Positions 60,620-64,000 of a stretch of DNA of 64,000 nucleotides are shown piece after piece; the stretch's first letter is position 1; each line of letters opens with the position of its first letter. The notes beneath the pieces are model-generated. The model did not search any database and was not told where the DNA came from. It worked only from the letters and a program-made list of their open reading frames with translations. The position numbers and the translations under genes are program-made. This stretch comes from Macrostomum hystrix (taxonomy: Eukaryota; Animalia; Platyhelminthes), in assembly GCA_950097015.1 (NCBI GenBank), contig CATNEN010000038.1, forward strand, positions 19,220,001-19,284,000, read 5' to 3'.

Positions 60620-60921
60620 CATACATGTGCAACCTCCCAAATCTTAGCCAGCCGAGCAACTTAGTTTTTGCTCTATTTACGACTTAGTTTGCCCTCAGTT
60701 GCAATTTAGTTCGTTTCATTGCTCTATTTACAACTTAGTTTGCTCTCATTTGCTCTATTTTTCACTCCCCTTTTTCCTCTTCTTCACACCTTCCTTTTTT
60801 GTCCCTTGGTCCCTCCTTTGATTTTTTTGCGCTTGATTGATTGGTTTTTGCAACTTACCTTGCTTGGCCCTTGTGTCACCTGGCCAGTTTGGCTAGGTTG
60901 GCCAGGTGTTGCACATGTATG
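60620..60921 (-). mobile_element. Second copy of the same MITE, inverted
   Basis: TIRs CATACATGTGCAAC, ATAATAAA duplicated at 60612-60619 and 60922-60929. Confidence 0.88.
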
Positions 60922-62860
60922 ATAATAAATAGGATCAATCTTTATTAGGTTCCCATGCCTCTATTGAAGAATTATTCTATTTATTATTCTCCTATATTAC
61001 ATTTACCCCACCCAAAACCCCTGATTCCCCATGTCCTGCTTATCCTGTGATGGGGTAGCCATTCTATATAATGTGGACCTTTAAGATAGAACAAAATGGG
61101 TTGTTTTTTATACTGCATACCAATAAACCTATAGGGCCCATAGCCACAGATTTATGAACCAACCAAAAGTAGAACTATTTTATTGGATTAAAGTTCAAGA
61201 AGTGTATAAGTTGACAATATTGTATGTAAGTGGTTTTCATATGCACGTAAGTTTTCTAACTTGGCCTTTACTGAAATGAGAAGACATCAAACAAGTGCTA
61301 TCATTATAGTGTAAGGATTAGATAGAAGATCAGCTGATTTTCAGTTAGACTAATTTAAAAGGATTATACATAAGTGTAGGAATGAAAGGAAAGGAATAGT
61401 TCAAATCTATTGATCTGGGAGGCTACCTGCTGGTCCAGCATATCTGAGTGGCACTTTTTGTTTTATGTGTAGTGTTGCCTTATTATGCACCAAAAAGGAC
61501 CACTTGCTAAATCATAAATATGAAAGGTGAGTTATGTAGAGTACAAAGTATAACAAAATTGGCATGTGATTCCTTAGGATGCATGTTTTAGTCAATATTT
61601 TACAATACAATATTTTACTTTGGCTATAAAATAAAAGCTGTAGCAGAGAACTTTGTTCTAATTGTCTTAGGGCAACCAAGTTTGTTCAAAGTTTCTTTCA
61701 AAGACAATTTAATTGCAAACAAAATAGTAGCAGACCAAAAAGCATACAAACCTGTTTTGTTGCTTGTCAGTACTATAGCTTAGTTGGGTGATGATATGCT
61801 TTGTGTGGAACAGAAGCGTACCATTTTTGTGGTGTTCCTGCATGATGGAAAATATTAGTTTCTAAATTTATGTTGGCCTTGGCCTATCCCCTATGCTAAT
61901 TGTAAAGCATCTGTCTTAAATTTCCATGTGTTCTAGAAATTTATAGTGCACATGACATGATCCTAAGTATGGGCATAGTCAGAATCATATAGTTTACAAG
62001 TGAAATTTTATGTACACAAAGCAACACATTTAGGACAGCTTGTGTATACCAAGGATACAACATTTATAAAACAATATTGTTTTATTTCATTTGAAGGCCA
62101 AAATGATCTTGTCTAAGTTTTGGCTCCGAAGCTAATAATAACATTGTCTTTACATGTCTAAGTTAACTTAATTGATACCATCTATATATTTTGAGTTGAA
62201 GTTTTCACAATTTGCTGTCCAATGCAGTCATTTTCAGTGTTTAAAAAACAGACCATTCTTGCAAATAAATTTACAAAAAAATGTAAATACACCTAGAAAT
62301 TTTATTCTAGGCAGATAAAACTACTAACTTTTAATTAACTACCCATACCATTTGCAACTAACTAGACTAGAAAGTTTATAAATATGTAAATATATTTCTT
62401 TTCATTATATTTACTGAACAGATTAATAGTGTCTTAAAAACTGCTTTAAATTTTATTGTTTTTCAAATTGCTATTAAAATTAAGTTTAAATCAACAGGTC
62501 TTTCTTACTATAAAATTCTATTAAGCATGACTTTTCATGGATGTAATTATCATTTGTGGTAATTAGTTTCATAAAAATAACAGTTCTTTTTTGTATCATT
62601 TTAGAACAACGATTTTAAATGATTTTACTATAATCCTTTATTATAGATGAGCTCTGCAAATCATCGAAACTGGCAAGCAGTGTAGTTTTTTTTGCGAAAT
62701 GTTTGATAAATTTAAGATTTTGAGTTTTTGCAAGAGTTTAGCAATGTTATAATTGTTTAACATTCCAGCCTCTGTTGCTTCTTGTCAACAAATATTATAA
62801 TTTCAACTTTATTGTTTATATATTGGATTTAGAAAGGATTTTTCTATAGTTATACATAGG

Positions 62861-63914
62861 ATGTGGAATCCAATGGCTGTGCCAGCTGCAGCTGCATTAG
62901 GTCCCACAGCCAGTCAGCTGTCACAACTTGGGCCAGCTACAGCTAGTAATTTGAGCATCGCTGCAGCAGCTGCCGCCTATGCAATGCCAATGCAGCCGCA
63001 TGCAGTGGTGCCCTCTGTACCTGTACAGGCGCCTAAACGACCTTCCGATTTGAAGAATGTCAACACGCTAAATATGTGCCGCTTCAATATAGGCACTGGT
63101 GGCCCTATTCCTGCTAGTGGCAATGGAGTGCCACCTACTGGGGTGAGAATGGGCACTTTATACCTGCCGTACAGCTATTTTATCTGACAGCGCTGTTATT
63201 TCCATAGACTACGGGGCGCCGAAATTTAAACCCCATCTAGTATGGACACTTAATGATTCTTGTAGATTGCCTGACTATGAGAAAGTAAAGCCTGACTGCG
63301 TGAGTGTGCGTGTGTACAGTATCTGTGTGGGTGTGTGATCTAGAGTCGGCAAAATGGCTGGAACGGCCTCGTAGCTGGCAGCAGGTCGACTGTCACCCAC
63401 GGATTTGCACACAGCCATCCTGCAGTTATTAATATATTATGATATGTTGGTATCGGTTTGTCCAGTGGAGTTGGGAATCGAGCCCCTGACCTTCAAGCCC
63501 CCTAAATTTAGTTAGTCCTTTCATGAAGTCTTAATTGTTCCAACAATAATGTTTCTTTTTCTTTGTATTTCTCAGGTGCCACCGTTACCAGGAGCCGGTG
63601 TACCACTATTCCAGCAGCAGCAGGCGGTTGCACTGGCCCAGGTGCCACCTGTCGCTGAACCGTCATCGGTAGACCATGGCGACGATGAATCCGCATTCGA
63701 AGCTGAATTCGATCGCCTAATGGAACAAAAACGCTTAGCTGAGGAGGCCGATCTAGATCCAGACGAGAGGGCGGCGTTGCGCGAACTGGAAGCTGTTAAA
63801 AAGCAGCGCCGAACCGCCGACTTTAGCGTTGCCATGCCAACGTCATCTTACTCCAGCAGCACCGCTATAGATCCGGCAGAGGCGGAAGTTGCCAGAGAGT
63901 TCGATTCTATTCAA
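62861..63914 (+). CDS. Partial gene of unknown function (Ala/Pro/Gln-rich, then acidic/coiled region), continuing past the right edge
   Basis: Exons ~62861-63141 (GGG|gtgaga) and 63576-63914 (cag|GTG...CAA|gtgagc), phase compatible. Confidence 0.6.
63255..63440 (+). mobile_element. Diverged SINE family 1 3' part
   Basis: cctgactatgagaaagt...cagtatctgtgt...cagccatcctgcag plus AT tail. Confidence 0.65.
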
Positions 63915-64000
63915 GTGAGCAGCTAGTTATTATTGATTATTAAACAGTTTGGGAGCCTCTAGCCTATTCATTTTCATGTTTTCATCAGCCTCATTTGCAT

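Overview
Eukaryotic (animal) genomic DNA with spliceosomal introns, many 15-60 bp minisatellites and tRNA-derived SINEs. A 29-nt stretch matching, from memory, the Macrostomum lignano spliced leader suggests a Macrostomum flatworm (inference). Host genes: a D-amino-acid/D-aspartate oxidase (-, runs off the left edge), a probable orphan single-pass membrane protein (+), an SLC7 LAT-type amino-acid transporter (-), an atypical Rab GTPase (-), an EML/EMAP HELP-WD40 protein (+), tRNA-Pro(AGG), an aldehyde-oxidase/XDH-family molybdoflavoenzyme (+), a Zn-dependent MDR dehydrogenase (+), a small Ly6/LU GPI-type gene (+) and part of an unknown gene at the right edge. About 45-57 kb is a transposon nest: piggyBac remnant, THAP/P-like element, IS630/Tc1 element, P/Harbinger hybrid, Crypton tyrosine recombinase, SINE and Penelope remnant. 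Top leads are (1) a hybrid element whose spliced ORF fuses a P-like THAP domain in frame to a Harbinger DDE transposase next to a Harbinger Myb/SANT gene, between P-like TIRs, and (2) a spliced-leader-like exon lying antisense in an intron without donor or Sm site. Exon boundaries were read by eye and are approximate. No database searches were run.
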